64,000 nucleotides of DNA from Candidatus Latescibacterota bacterium (GCA_965116875.1 OZ220733.1:3712001-3776000), one strand, 5' to 3'; shown: positions 29,203 to 38,622, counted from the first letter of the stretch. Notes: a model not told the origin generated them from the letters alone. Numbers and translations: made by a program.

Positions 29203-29757
29203 ATGAAAACCGCAAGCCTCACCCTGATCTTCACCATCTGCGGCGCGCTGGCCTGCCTGCCGCTGAACGCCGGAGAGCCTGGCCGGACCGACGGTCCCGA
29301 GGGTAGCGAACTGGGCCGCGGCGGTTACCCGTTCGGCGGTCCGGAAGGCCGATTCTACGTCAGCCCCGCATTTGGCTCCGGGATATTCGACAGGAACCCG
29401 GACGGGAACCGCACCGGACTTCTATACGGACTGAATCTGGGTTACGAGAGGGACGGCTGGCTGGCGATCGAAGGCGGCTATGCGTATCTTTCAGACGAAA
29501 AGCTGTCCATTTACAGCCTGGGTTCACGCCTGGACTACAACGCCGATCCGTTCGTATACTATTTCTCCACACAGGCGGGACTCTACAGGCCCGAGGATGG
29601 CGAAAGCAACTTCGGCCTTGCGCCCGGCGCGGGCATCGACATCATTATCAATGACCGGATACGCCTGGGCCTGAACTACAAACGGGACTTTATCTTCTCC
29701 GACGGCAATACGACGGAAATCGATCGCCTCTTCGCCGGTCTGAAAGTCTACTTCTGA
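29203..29757 (+). CDS. Small outer-membrane beta-barrel protein
   Basis: Signal peptide, alternating amphipathic strands, C-terminal GLKVYF (BAM-type signal). Confidence 0.78.
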   Translation: MKTASLTLIFTICGALACLPLNAGEPGRTDGPEGSELGRGGYPFGGPEGRFYVSPAFGSGIFDRNPDGNRTGLLYGLNLGYERDGWLAIEGGYAYLSDEKLSIYSLGSRLDYNADPFVYYFSTQAGLYRPEDGESNFGLAPGAGIDIIINDRIRLGLNYKRDFIFSDGNTTEIDRLFAGLKVYF

Positions 29758-29927
29758 GCAACTGTTTTGAGCGGCAAAACAGACAAACGGGCTGCCCGGC
29801 TTCTTCACCGGCGGCCCGTTGCGCATGGTGCGTTTGCATTGCCCCGCGTCGACCGATTGGTTACCTTTGGACGGCTCCCGGGCAGGGTGTCGGGGAAGGC
29901 TGCGCTCGACTATTGGGGCTACAATAA

Positions 29928-31160
29928 ATGATCATTCGAGATCCGATCCACGGCGACGTCCGGTTTGGCGAAGTGGAGCGCCGGCTGGTGGATACCCGCC
30001 AGTTCCAGCGGCTGCGGGGCATCCGGCAGACGGGCACGGCCCATCTCGTTTACCCGGGGTGTACGCATACCCGCTTCGAACACTCCCTGGGCACCGCCGC
30101 AATGGCGAGGCACATCGTCGGCGTCCTCAGAGACTCCGGGACCGTCGTGAGTCCCGATCAGGAAACGACGGTGGTTCTGGCGGCACTCGTCCACGACGTA
30201 TCTCATCTCCCGTTCGGTCACACCTTCGAAGATGAACGCAAGCTGTTTCCGCGCCACGATTCGGCGGAACGGATGCGACGCGCGCTCTCGCAGGACCAGT
30301 TGGCGGGCGCACTCGACGCATCCGGTCAGAGAGAGCAGGTGGTCGCCCTCCTGACCGAGCGCGGTTTCGATCCGCCCTGGATGCGGCAGATCGTGAGCAG
30401 CACGGTCGACGCGGACCTGCTCGACTACCTCCGCCGTGACGCCTATTTCGCGGGCCTGAAGCACGATTACGACGACCGGATTCTGAGTACCTTCGTCGTT
30501 GCGGACAACAAGCTCGCGATCAACCTCGAAAAACTCAGCACCCGGACAGAACTGCTTCATCTGCTCCGCCTGCGATATTTCCTCACCGAACGCGTCTATT
30601 ATCACCATGCGAAAGTCGCGTCCGGCGCCATGATTGCCAAGGCCGTGGAACTGGCCGTGGAACTGGGCCTTCGCGAGGAGGACATTCTGAGTCTTACCGA
30701 CGGCGCGCTTCTCCGGTCTCTCGTTGCTCGAAAGGACGAGCGTATCGAACGCCTGGTTCGGGGGGTGGTCTACCGCAGTCTGCTGAAGCGGGCGTACGTG
30801 CTGTCCACCGGAGAAATCGGCAGGCGCGCCAGGGATGAGTTAATCGCCTCGTACACCAGATCCGTCGAATCCAGACAGCGGGTGGAACGCGAAATCGCAG
30901 ACGCTATCGTCGTCGAGCCGGATCAGGTCATCCTGTACTGCCCGGATATTTCCTCCATCAAGGAAGCCAGGGTCTTCACGAAAACGAAGACCGGCGTACA
31001 ACGGCTCAACGAGCCCCTCGACAGCCCGCCGTTCGACGTCAAGGCGGTGGAGGACCAGTACGAACGGCTATGGAAACTGTACGTCTTTGTTCCCGACGGC
31101 TACCAGGAACGCGCCGGCAAGATCTGTGAACGCCTTTTCGGAGAGAAGAACGCACTTTAA
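29928..31160 (+). CDS. HD-domain phosphohydrolase (COG1078/SAMHD1-like, putative dNTPase)
   Basis: IRDPIHG, FQRLR.IRQ, HTRFEHSLG, HD..H.PF.H, DADLLDYL.RD. Confidence 0.9.
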   Translation: MIIRDPIHGDVRFGEVERRLVDTRQFQRLRGIRQTGTAHLVYPGCTHTRFEHSLGTAAMARHIVGVLRDSGTVVSPDQETTVVLAALVHDVSHLPFGHTFEDERKLFPRHDSAERMRRALSQDQLAGALDASGQREQVVALLTERGFDPPWMRQIVSSTVDADLLDYLRRDAYFAGLKHDYDDRILSTFVVADNKLAINLEKLSTRTELLHLLRLRYFLTERVYYHHAKVASGAMIAKAVELAVELGLREEDILSLTDGALLRSLVARKDERIERLVRGVVYRSLLKRAYVLSTGEIGRRARDELIASYTRSVESRQRVEREIADAIVVEPDQVILYCPDISSIKEARVFTKTKTGVQRLNEPLDSPPFDVKAVEDQYERLWKLYVFVPDGYQERAGKICERLFGEKNAL

Positions 31161-31184
31161 CGCCCATTTTCCGGCATCGAAGCC

Positions 31185-31709
31185 TCATCCTCGATCCCGC
31201 CGCTGGCCGGGATGTCTCACGTCGCGGAAGAGCGGAAGTTCGTCCGCCGTCCTGTCTTCCATCCGTTTGTGGCACGGCCGGCAGACGGAGATCAGATTGT
31301 CGGGACGGTTTGCCGCCGCTGCCGATGCGAACAGCCGGACCGGTATCTTGTGATGCACGTCCAGTTGCCGTCCAAGCTTTTCCTCTGTGACTCCGCAATT
31401 CCGACAGCGGAATCCGTCCCGTTCTCTCGCCAGCGCGGCCTGCACCTTCCAGTTCCCGCCCCTGAATTGTGGGCGGCCGCTCAATACCAGCCGCTTTCCG
31501 GCGTCCGGAAGGACGGTTGCCCACGCCTCGAGGCAGGCCTTGCCGCAGAAGTGGAGCCTCACCTTTCGACGCATCATCCACCGGGGGACCTGAACCGGGA
31601 TGCCGCAGCGTTCGCACCGGACCGGGATCGCCGGCTCATCCGATCCCTGCCGTGTATCGGAAAAACGCAGTTGCAGCTGATTCAGACAAACGGGGAGACT
31701 GCGTCCCAT
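31185..31709 (-). CDS. HNH endonuclease with N-terminal Zn-finger
   Basis: CERC..FC...C finger; RERDGFRCRNCG, DVHH, NLISVCRPCH; start ATG 31709 after GGGGG. Confidence 0.82.
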   Translation of the reverse strand: MGRSLPVCLNQLQLRFSDTRQGSDEPAIPVRCERCGIPVQVPRWMMRRKVRLHFCGKACLEAWATVLPDAGKRLVLSGRPQFRGGNWKVQAALARERDGFRCRNCGVTEEKLGRQLDVHHKIPVRLFASAAAANRPDNLISVCRPCHKRMEDRTADELPLFRDVRHPGQRRDRG

Positions 31710-31794
31710 ACGTACCGACCCCCGCATAATCCAGGACTGTTCGATACCCATACCGACAACCGCACCGGCATCCAAAAACGAGAATAACACATTG

Positions 31795-31823
31795 ACTATA
31801 AGCGTGTTATGGAAGAAAGTCAA
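31795..31823 (-). promoter_or_regulatory. sigma-70 promoter for the HNH gene, overlapped by an ATAACAC/GTGTTAT inverted repeat
   Basis: TTGACT-N17-TATAGT on the minus strand; IR arms at 31784-31790 and 31804-31810. Confidence 0.6.
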
Positions 31824-31883
31824 ATTGGGACTCCATGCTGGCCCGCTTAACGCTCAATCCAGATCACAAGGGTTAGATCCGCC

Positions 31884-33494
31884 ATGGCACAGGTAACGTC
31901 GACGGACCGGCCGCGGGCTTCTGGCATCCATTGGGGCGTTCCGAGGGGAAGCCGGCGTCTCATTCACACCAGCGATATGGGTTCGCATTTCGGGACCGGT
32001 ACCTTTCTCTTCGGCGATCCCGCCGAACCCGATCAGCTCCGGGCGTGGATACGCAATATTGCCGCCGGAGGCGCCGACGCCTATGTTCCGGAAGTGTATT
32101 TCGACGGCCTCATCGCCTACTACCGCAGCCGCAGATGCCCGAACTGGGGTGTGCCCGCGTTCGGCCGATTCGACGCGATGATGGACCGCGGCGTGATGCC
32201 CCTGGACATTTTCGTCGATGAAGCCTGCAATCAGGGCATCGAGCTGCTCGCTGGCTTCCGGATGAACGATCGCCACGGCGTCAACAAGCCTTTTTTCGAG
32301 GCGCATCCCCAGTGGATCCTGAAGGACCTGGGTCACGGCGTTGACTACTCGCTGTCCGAAGTACGGGACTGGGTCTTCTCAATCATCGAGGAGGTCCCCT
32401 GTCGATTCGACGTGGACGGAATCGAACTCAACTTTGTCCGCCATGGGTACTGTTTTCCGCCCTCCGAAGCCCGCAACCGGCATCCGGTGATGTCCGACTT
32501 CATTCGGCGCCTGCGGGCGATGCTCGACGGGAACGGCGAAAGGAGGGGCCGACGTCTCCTTATGGGTGTCAGGGTGCCTACGACGCTGGATGAATGCCGG
32601 CATTTCGGGTTCGACCTTCCCACGTGGGTCGGGGAAGGGCTTGTCGACTACGTTGCGCCCACCGACTACCACTACACCGATTTCAACATGAAGGTCGAGG
32701 AATTCGCCCGAATCGTCCGCGGCACCGACAACTGTTTCCTTTATCCCGCCATCCAGGCCGACGTGCCGGGAAACTGTGCGATCATGTCGCTGGACAACTA
32801 TCGCGCCGCCGTCCGAAACTTCTACGAATCCGGCGCCGACGGGGTTTCCACGCACAACTACGATGTCTATATGTGGGGCCAACTCCGCAGCAGGAGCTAT
32901 CCCGGTCCGGCGGACATGTACCCCCGGGCCCTGGAATACTTTAACATTCTGAAGGACCCGGAGGCGGTAGCCAGGGGAGACAGGCACTATCTCTTCCTCC
33001 CGCTCTGGGCGCACGAACTTCACCCGAAGGGCTACCGCAGCATCATCATCCCGCATCGTCGTGCAACTGTGAGGGCGTGTGGTCCGAGCGCGGAATTTCC
33101 ATTTCGGATCTGCGAGCGCCTGCCGGCAGGAGCGGATATGCCGCTGAACGAGCGAGGGGTATACGCGGGCATTTTCAACCGCGCCGGCAAACCCCCGGGC
33201 GCCTGGCTGATTTTCAGAGCCATCGGTATGAGACCCGAGAATGAAATCGCGGTAACGCTTAACGATCGGGAGATCCCGACCGGCGCGATCAGGTCGATCT
33301 GGCATCCGCAAGGTCGACCGGCGTGGGAGGGTCGTCCGCTGGCGCCATACACGGAACTCCACGTACGTCTGACGTCTCCGCCCGGAACCTTCGGCGACAA
33401 TATCCTGGGTATCCGGCTGGTTGCGAAAAACAGCGCCGAATCCAGCGAGATCACGGTAGACGAAGTGGAGGTCGTCGTCAACGTCGTGGACTGA
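31884..33494 (+). CDS. Glycoside hydrolase-like TIM-barrel protein (GHL10/DUF187-like)
   Basis: FRMNDRH, HPQW, DYS..EVRD, DGIELNF.R, W...GLVDY, GADG...N. Confidence 0.7.
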   Translation: MAQVTSTDRPRASGIHWGVPRGSRRLIHTSDMGSHFGTGTFLFGDPAEPDQLRAWIRNIAAGGADAYVPEVYFDGLIAYYRSRRCPNWGVPAFGRFDAMMDRGVMPLDIFVDEACNQGIELLAGFRMNDRHGVNKPFFEAHPQWILKDLGHGVDYSLSEVRDWVFSIIEEVPCRFDVDGIELNFVRHGYCFPPSEARNRHPVMSDFIRRLRAMLDGNGERRGRRLLMGVRVPTTLDECRHFGFDLPTWVGEGLVDYVAPTDYHYTDFNMKVEEFARIVRGTDNCFLYPAIQADVPGNCAIMSLDNYRAAVRNFYESGADGVSTHNYDVYMWGQLRSRSYPGPADMYPRALEYFNILKDPEAVARGDRHYLFLPLWAHELHPKGYRSIIIPHRRATVRACGPSAEFPFRICERLPAGADMPLNERGVYAGIFNRAGKPPGAWLIFRAIGMRPENEIAVTLNDREIPTGAIRSIWHPQGRPAWEGRPLAPYTELHVRLTSPPGTFGDNILGIRLVAKNSAESSEITVDEVEVVVNVVD

Positions 33495-33543
33495 GTGCCC
33501 ACATACAAAGCTGGGATCGCAAGCGAACAAGAGGAACCCGATC

Positions 33544-34731
33544 ATGCCCGTTCCGGATATCTACACGGAAACGCGAATCTCCATGCTCACGCCCGAACTC
33601 AGGCAGAGGGTGAGGGACAACCTTGTAACGTCGCAGTTCAGGAAGGCGGGCTGCACACGGCCCGACGGAAAGGATTGGCCGGCCTGGTTCGACCAGGTAC
33701 CGGTCCGGCGAGTTCGCGTGGCGACGGGTTCGCGGGCGTTCGGGACCTACAATCATCAGGCCGGCATCTGCAGTTGGCGTGGTGAATATTGGTACGTCTT
33801 CTCCAACGGACGCGTGGACGAAGAAGCGCCGGGCCAGCAGACGCTGATTTCCAGGAGCGTGGACCTCGCCAACTGGTCGCCCCCCGCCTGCGTGGCGCCC
33901 GGCGACGCGTCTGGAAGGATGTGGCGGAATACAGGCGGAATAATGGGCTACGACGAGCGTCTCATCGTATTCGTGCAGACGAAAACCGGCGGCGGGGCGG
34001 CCCGCAGGCCCGGGATGAGCGCCGGAGACGAACGCAGGATAACCTGCCACGTCGGTCTCTTCGTTTCCGGTGACGGCGAAAGCTGGACGGAGCGTGACGT
34101 CGCCGAGGACTGCTTCTGGTACGAAGCGCCGCGGCTGACGCGGGAGGGGAGGCTTCTGTGCGCAGGGTCACGGCGAGGACACCCGATCGTGTTTCTCTGG
34201 CCTGGAGAGAATCCTCTGGATCCTCCGGAGATCGTGGAGATCCCTTTCGACGGTTCGCGTGGGATGGATTCGGGACGGTTTCCGTACGGTGAGGCATCGT
34301 GGTACGAAACGGAAGCGGGCGCAATTTTCATGTTTCACCGGAACGAGACGGACGAGATGAGGCTGCGCGTGGCGGTCAGCGAGGACGGAGGCGGAAGCTG
34401 GACGCCGCCCATGCTCTCGAATATTCCGGACTCGAAGTCTCGCGTCAGCGCGGGACGCCTCGCCGACGGGCGTTATTTCCTCATTAACAACGCGATTGCC
34501 GACCTGTTGAACCGGGTGCCGCTGATGATTTCCATTTCGACGGACGGCATGAAGTTCGAGCGACAGTACTTTCTGATCAACGAACCCGCTGCCATTGCGT
34601 TTCCCGGCGCGCTCAAAGCGCACGGCCACCAGTATCCCAGCGCGCTGGTCGAGCAGAACCGGTTGATCGTCGCCTATTCCGTCAACAAGGAGCACATGGA
34701 ATTCCTCACGGTGGATCCGAGCGACCTGTAG
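33544..34731 (+). CDS. BNR/Asp-box (sialidase-like) beta-propeller protein
   Basis: Asp-boxes SVDLANW, SGDGESW, SEDGGGSW, STDGMKF; QYP near the C-terminus. Confidence 0.8.
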   Translation: MPVPDIYTETRISMLTPELRQRVRDNLVTSQFRKAGCTRPDGKDWPAWFDQVPVRRVRVATGSRAFGTYNHQAGICSWRGEYWYVFSNGRVDEEAPGQQTLISRSVDLANWSPPACVAPGDASGRMWRNTGGIMGYDERLIVFVQTKTGGGAARRPGMSAGDERRITCHVGLFVSGDGESWTERDVAEDCFWYEAPRLTREGRLLCAGSRRGHPIVFLWPGENPLDPPEIVEIPFDGSRGMDSGRFPYGEASWYETEAGAIFMFHRNETDEMRLRVAVSEDGGGSWTPPMLSNIPDSKSRVSAGRLADGRYFLINNAIADLLNRVPLMISISTDGMKFERQYFLINEPAAIAFPGALKAHGHQYPSALVEQNRLIVAYSVNKEHMEFLTVDPSDL

Positions 34732-34745
34732 ATCCGCGGTAACGC

Positions 34746-35387
34746 TCAATCGTCCAGGCGAAACCGGATGGGCATCGACATCTTCACCGCGACCGCGCGG
34801 TCGTTCTGCACGGCCGGCTCGAATACGAACTGCGAAACCGCCTCGATCGCCGCCCCCCTGAATATCTCCGGTCCTCGCACGGCACGGACCTGTCTGACGC
34901 TTCCTTCTGCGCTTACCGTGAACGATACGAAAACGACCCCCTCCAGCCCGGCCTTCCGCGCCAATTCAGGGTAGACCGGCATCGTGAAACGGGCAAGCGC
35001 GGGTTTCTTCTCAACACTCCAGAAGTCCAGGACTTCCTCCTCAACGGGCGCGGTCTTGCGGCGAACGGGAGACGGCAGATCCACGGGTACGCGGTTCAGG
35101 TCCAGTTCCGTCGACTCGATGGTCAGGTCTTCGGGAACGTCGTCGCTGTCCGTTTCGATCGGCACTTTGGGCCGTTCGGGCTCAGGACGGTTCGGTTGCC
35201 GGGTATCGGGAATCTGCTCGACAATGATCACCTCGGTTTGGAGTACCCGCGCCGGTGTGTCCATCTCGAAAGAGGGAAACATCACCGCGAGTACGAGGAG
35301 AAAAACGGCGGAGATACAGACACTCCGCGCCATGACCTTCGGATATGCCAGCTTTAGATCAGCTTCGGGATGCTTGTAACGCAACAT
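34746..35387 (-). CDS. Energy transducer TonB family protein
   Basis: Single TM helix, Pro/Glu-rich linker, YPELARKAGLEG.V.V.F, F.PA.Q...V.V....PI.F.L; SD AGGAGG. Confidence 0.9.
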   Translation of the reverse strand: MLRYKHPEADLKLAYPKVMARSVCISAVFLLVLAVMFPSFEMDTPARVLQTEVIIVEQIPDTRQPNRPEPERPKVPIETDSDDVPEDLTIESTELDLNRVPVDLPSPVRRKTAPVEEEVLDFWSVEKKPALARFTMPVYPELARKAGLEGVVFVSFTVSAEGSVRQVRAVRGPEIFRGAAIEAVSQFVFEPAVQNDRAVAVKMSMPIRFRLDD

Positions 35388-35558
35388 CGTCGGCCTCCTT
35401 TCAGGATGCAGTCGGACCCTGACAGCTTGATTCTCCACCAGTCGTTTATGCCGCAGTTTGCGGCAAAGCGCATCGGCCGGAAATCAGGCGCCTGTAAAAT
35501 TAATTGATTAATATTTCCAGTCAAAAAAACGGCCGGATATCCCCGGTCCGTGCGGATG

Positions 35559-37715
35559 TCAGTCAGCGATGCCGGGACCGGCCGCGGCGAGCCGGTCGTC
35601 GTGGAACGGCCCTGTTTCGAACGTCCGGGCGAAAACGTCCAACTGGCGAAGGAAGGTTTCCTTTCTCCGGTTCGGGCCGTATACCCCAACGTCCAGAAAA
35701 TAAAGCCGGTCCCTCCGTTCGTCGACCAGCACGTAGCTTCTGAAGGGCCCGCCCTTCCACGATAAATCGTTCTGCCAAAGTCCTTCCAGATACACGGCCA
35801 GCCTGCTCCCCAACGCCCGCTGACTTACCTTCATGCCCGTCGGGTCGACGACGTCCTTCTCAAAGAAACGGGCGGCAATCTCATTTCGCTTCATGATGCA
35901 CCATGCCTCTGTCAGCCGGTCCGGCCTGACGCCTTCCTCGTGGTACACAAACATCCACTGTGTCACGCGGGCGTGGGTTCGCGTGAACACGACGAATCCG
36001 CTATCGGCGTGGGTATCGATCAAATTGAATCCGAACGGTATTCGCAAACGCCATCCGAAGCGGTCCGCCAGTTCCGACGCGAGCGCCTCTCTTTCTCCAA
36101 AACGAAAGAGACGCTCGGAAACCTGTTCATCGCGCATCCCGTCAATTGCGCCGTAGATCCGATCGGCTTCTGTCATCATATTGTCCCTCAGCGTGTTGCG
36201 GTCCTCACCCGTAACCAGAACCACGACCTGATCTTCGGCCCAGACGTCCCGCCGGATGACGAAAGCGTCCGCTCCGTTCCGCATCGCGTCCCGGTGTCCC
36301 TGAGGCACGAGGGAGCGTACCAGCTCCGCCGCGTCGTGGGCGCCGTCCATCGGCGCGGCGATCACGATATTCCTGCGGCGCAACGCCCGAAAGTCTCCCG
36401 CGCGAACAAACGCGACATGGTACAGGCGCTCCTTCCTCGGCGTCAGGATTTCCCTCTCCATGACTTCCAGGAAAGGTTTTCGAAACGTCCGGGCGTCCAG
36501 GGAATCCGCAATGACCGTGACCAGATCATCCCGTCCGGAACCGGGAGGCAGTCTGTCCAGGCTCAGATGCGCGAGCAGCCGGTCCCTGAATCCCGCCAGC
36601 TTCATGTATGCTTCGGAACGGCCCGGAATCTCAACCGCGGGGCCCATGCGTCCGCATTGCATCAGCACCGCCAGAATCAGGCCCGAAGCCAGCAGCAGAC
36701 CCGAGCGGGAGAGGCGGTGTTCGGCGCCGCGCCTGCCGTTCAGCAACCGTGAGACCCGACGGATAACCTGCTTCCGGTCTCCTGCAGCGCCGATGCCCAC
36801 TGTCGAACCGGCCGGCGCCGCCATCATCTCCGTCAGGCGCGTGAGGCAGGCCGCGTACCCTCTGGCGCCACCGGTAATGCCGACCACCATATCGTCGCAC
36901 GCGATCTCGCGCTCCAGGTCCATCTGTCGAGCAATCCACCAGACGGCGGGATGGAAGAACAGAATGCAGCCGGCAATCGCCTGAAACAGCCGAGACCAGT
37001 CGTCCAGCCGGTGCAGGTGCGCCAGTTCGTGCAGGACCACCTGATCGAATTCTGTCTCCGTCAGCCGTTCCAGCATGGATTCGGGGACCAGAATCACGGG
37101 TCTGAAAAGACCCGTCGCCGCGGGAGATTCCACCTGCGTCGAACTGCACAGGCGCACCCAGCGCCGGGTCTCGCAGGAGCGGATCAGACGTCGCAATCTG
37201 TCCTGATATCGGGCGGGAAGGGGTCTTGCGCTCCGTTTGAGGCGGCGGAGGAGCCGAAAACCCAGAAAGAGCCTGGCTGAAAGCGCCGACGAGACCAGCA
37301 TCCAGACCGCGAAGACGGCCGCCGGCCAACTCCCCGGCTGTTCCGGCGCGGACGTGGGCCGCGAGCTGTCCCTGTACTCCGGCGGATCGGCGCCCGGGGA
37401 GAATTCAGAGGCCCCCGCGTCCCCCGGCGTCCGAGAATCGAGTCTCTCGCGATCGTCCGTTTCCACAGCTTCGAGCCACATCCGCGCGGCGGCCGCACGA
37501 TCAGGCGGACTCCAGATCCCGGACCAGGGCAGCGCGAATACCACCATCAGCGCGGCAGTCCAGATCACGTACCTGGTCCGGGCGTTCAGCCACCGGGCCA
37601 GGTTCAGCAGACACACGACGGCAAGTGCGACGACCATGCCCTTCCAGATGCCATCAAGCGCGGAGGACATCGCCACACGGGAAACCGCATCGAAAATCTC
37701 ATAGGCCGCCAACAT
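35559..37715 (-). CDS. BlaR1-type peptidase M56 fused to a C-terminal DUF4837-like domain
   Basis: HELAH, FFHP.VW, EREIACDD; the C-terminal half shows DUF4837-like motifs (DVWA..Q, GLW......GGPF.SY, Y.P...K...LRQL). Confidence 0.82.
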   Translation of the reverse strand: MLAAYEIFDAVSRVAMSSALDGIWKGMVVALAVVCLLNLARWLNARTRYVIWTAALMVVFALPWSGIWSPPDRAAAARMWLEAVETDDRERLDSRTPGDAGASEFSPGADPPEYRDSSRPTSAPEQPGSWPAAVFAVWMLVSSALSARLFLGFRLLRRLKRSARPLPARYQDRLRRLIRSCETRRWVRLCSSTQVESPAATGLFRPVILVPESMLERLTETEFDQVVLHELAHLHRLDDWSRLFQAIAGCILFFHPAVWWIARQMDLEREIACDDMVVGITGGARGYAACLTRLTEMMAAPAGSTVGIGAAGDRKQVIRRVSRLLNGRRGAEHRLSRSGLLLASGLILAVLMQCGRMGPAVEIPGRSEAYMKLAGFRDRLLAHLSLDRLPPGSGRDDLVTVIADSLDARTFRKPFLEVMEREILTPRKERLYHVAFVRAGDFRALRRRNIVIAAPMDGAHDAAELVRSLVPQGHRDAMRNGADAFVIRRDVWAEDQVVVLVTGEDRNTLRDNMMTEADRIYGAIDGMRDEQVSERLFRFGEREALASELADRFGWRLRIPFGFNLIDTHADSGFVVFTRTHARVTQWMFVYHEEGVRPDRLTEAWCIMKRNEIAARFFEKDVVDPTGMKVSQRALGSRLAVYLEGLWQNDLSWKGGPFRSYVLVDERRDRLYFLDVGVYGPNRRKETFLRQLDVFARTFETGPFHDDRLAAAGPGIAD

Positions 37716-37749
37716 AAACAGTTCCCTATTGATCATGCGTCGCAGGAAC

Positions 37750-37833
37750 AGAGGAGAGAGCGGAGAGAAGTGAGAAAAGAGAGAGGCGAAATTGGGGGGT
37801 CTCTCACTCCTCACTCCTCTCTACTCTCTCCTG
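37750..37833. repeat. Imperfect inverted repeat built from heptamer units, between blaI and blaR1-like genes
   Basis: Purine arm AGGAGAGAG CGGAGAG AAGTGAG AAAAGAGAG versus pyrimidine arm CTCTCACTC CTCACTC CTCTCTA CTCTCTCCT. Confidence 0.75.
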
Positions 37834-37899
37834 GCTATGGCCAGTGGATGGGCGATGAAGCCGAGAAAAGCATCTTGCGTAGAAGTCTTACTGTAAGGT

Positions 37900-38277
37900 C
37901 TAACTGCCTTCATCCACCATCTGTTTCAGGCGTCTGAGAACGTCCCCGTCGACCGGTTCGTTCTCGAGAATGTTCAGCACCAGCGCTTCGGGCGAATTAT
38001 TGAAAAAACGGCTCATCATGTAGCGGACCACGCTTCTTCTGGCGTCCTCGCGTCCCACAATGGGCTGGTAGACGTAAGCCCGGCCCTCTTTCTCGTGGGA
38101 CACGTAGCCTTTCCGTTCGAGAATTCTCAGCGTAGTCAACACCGTGCTGTAGGCCAGCGGTTCGTTCCCGGGTAAGGCGGCGACAACGTCGCTCACGGTG
38201 GCGGTCTCCTTTTTCCAGAGCACGTCCATCAGCCTGAGTTCCGCTTCCGTAAGGGTGGGTGACTTCGGCCTTGCCAT
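37900..38277 (-). CDS. BlaI/MecI/CopY family transcriptional repressor
   Basis: LTEAEL.LM.VLW, LAYSTVLT.L..LE.KGYV, GRAYVY. Confidence 0.93.
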   Translation of the reverse strand: MARPKSPTLTEAELRLMDVLWKKETATVSDVVAALPGNEPLAYSTVLTTLRILERKGYVSHEKEGRAYVYQPIVGREDARRSVVRYMMSRFFNNSPEALVLNILENEPVDGDVLRRLKQMVDEGS

Positions 38278-38567
38278 GTACTGAACTCCTTTACAGTTGA
38301 ATCACGAAGTTTCGTGCCGCCGGCGGAAGGTGATTTCGATGCACACGCAACAGAAACGGCAAAGTCGCGGTTCCCATGCGTGCGCAGGTGGTCCGCACGA
38401 TTAATTCCTTAATAAAAATGTATGTAAGTTTCGTGTATTGTCAATTAAAAAATTAATATTTTCTCGATGTACGGTTCGGTACACGTGCCGGATCGAAACG
38501 AATATCCCGGTCCGGGGGAGGCAGGATCGTAGCGGGTCACAATGTTCATTGGAATACAAGATTCTTC

Positions 38568-38622
38568 TTGACATGCGCCTTGAGGTTCGATAAATTTAAA
38601 CGTTCGTTTAAAACATACGTTT
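38568..38622 (+). promoter_or_regulatory. sigma-70 promoter with two tandem PsrA-like operator boxes
   Basis: TTGACA(38568)-N17-TAAATT; AAACgttcGTTT (38598-38609) and AAACatacGTTT (38611-38622). Confidence 0.72.
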
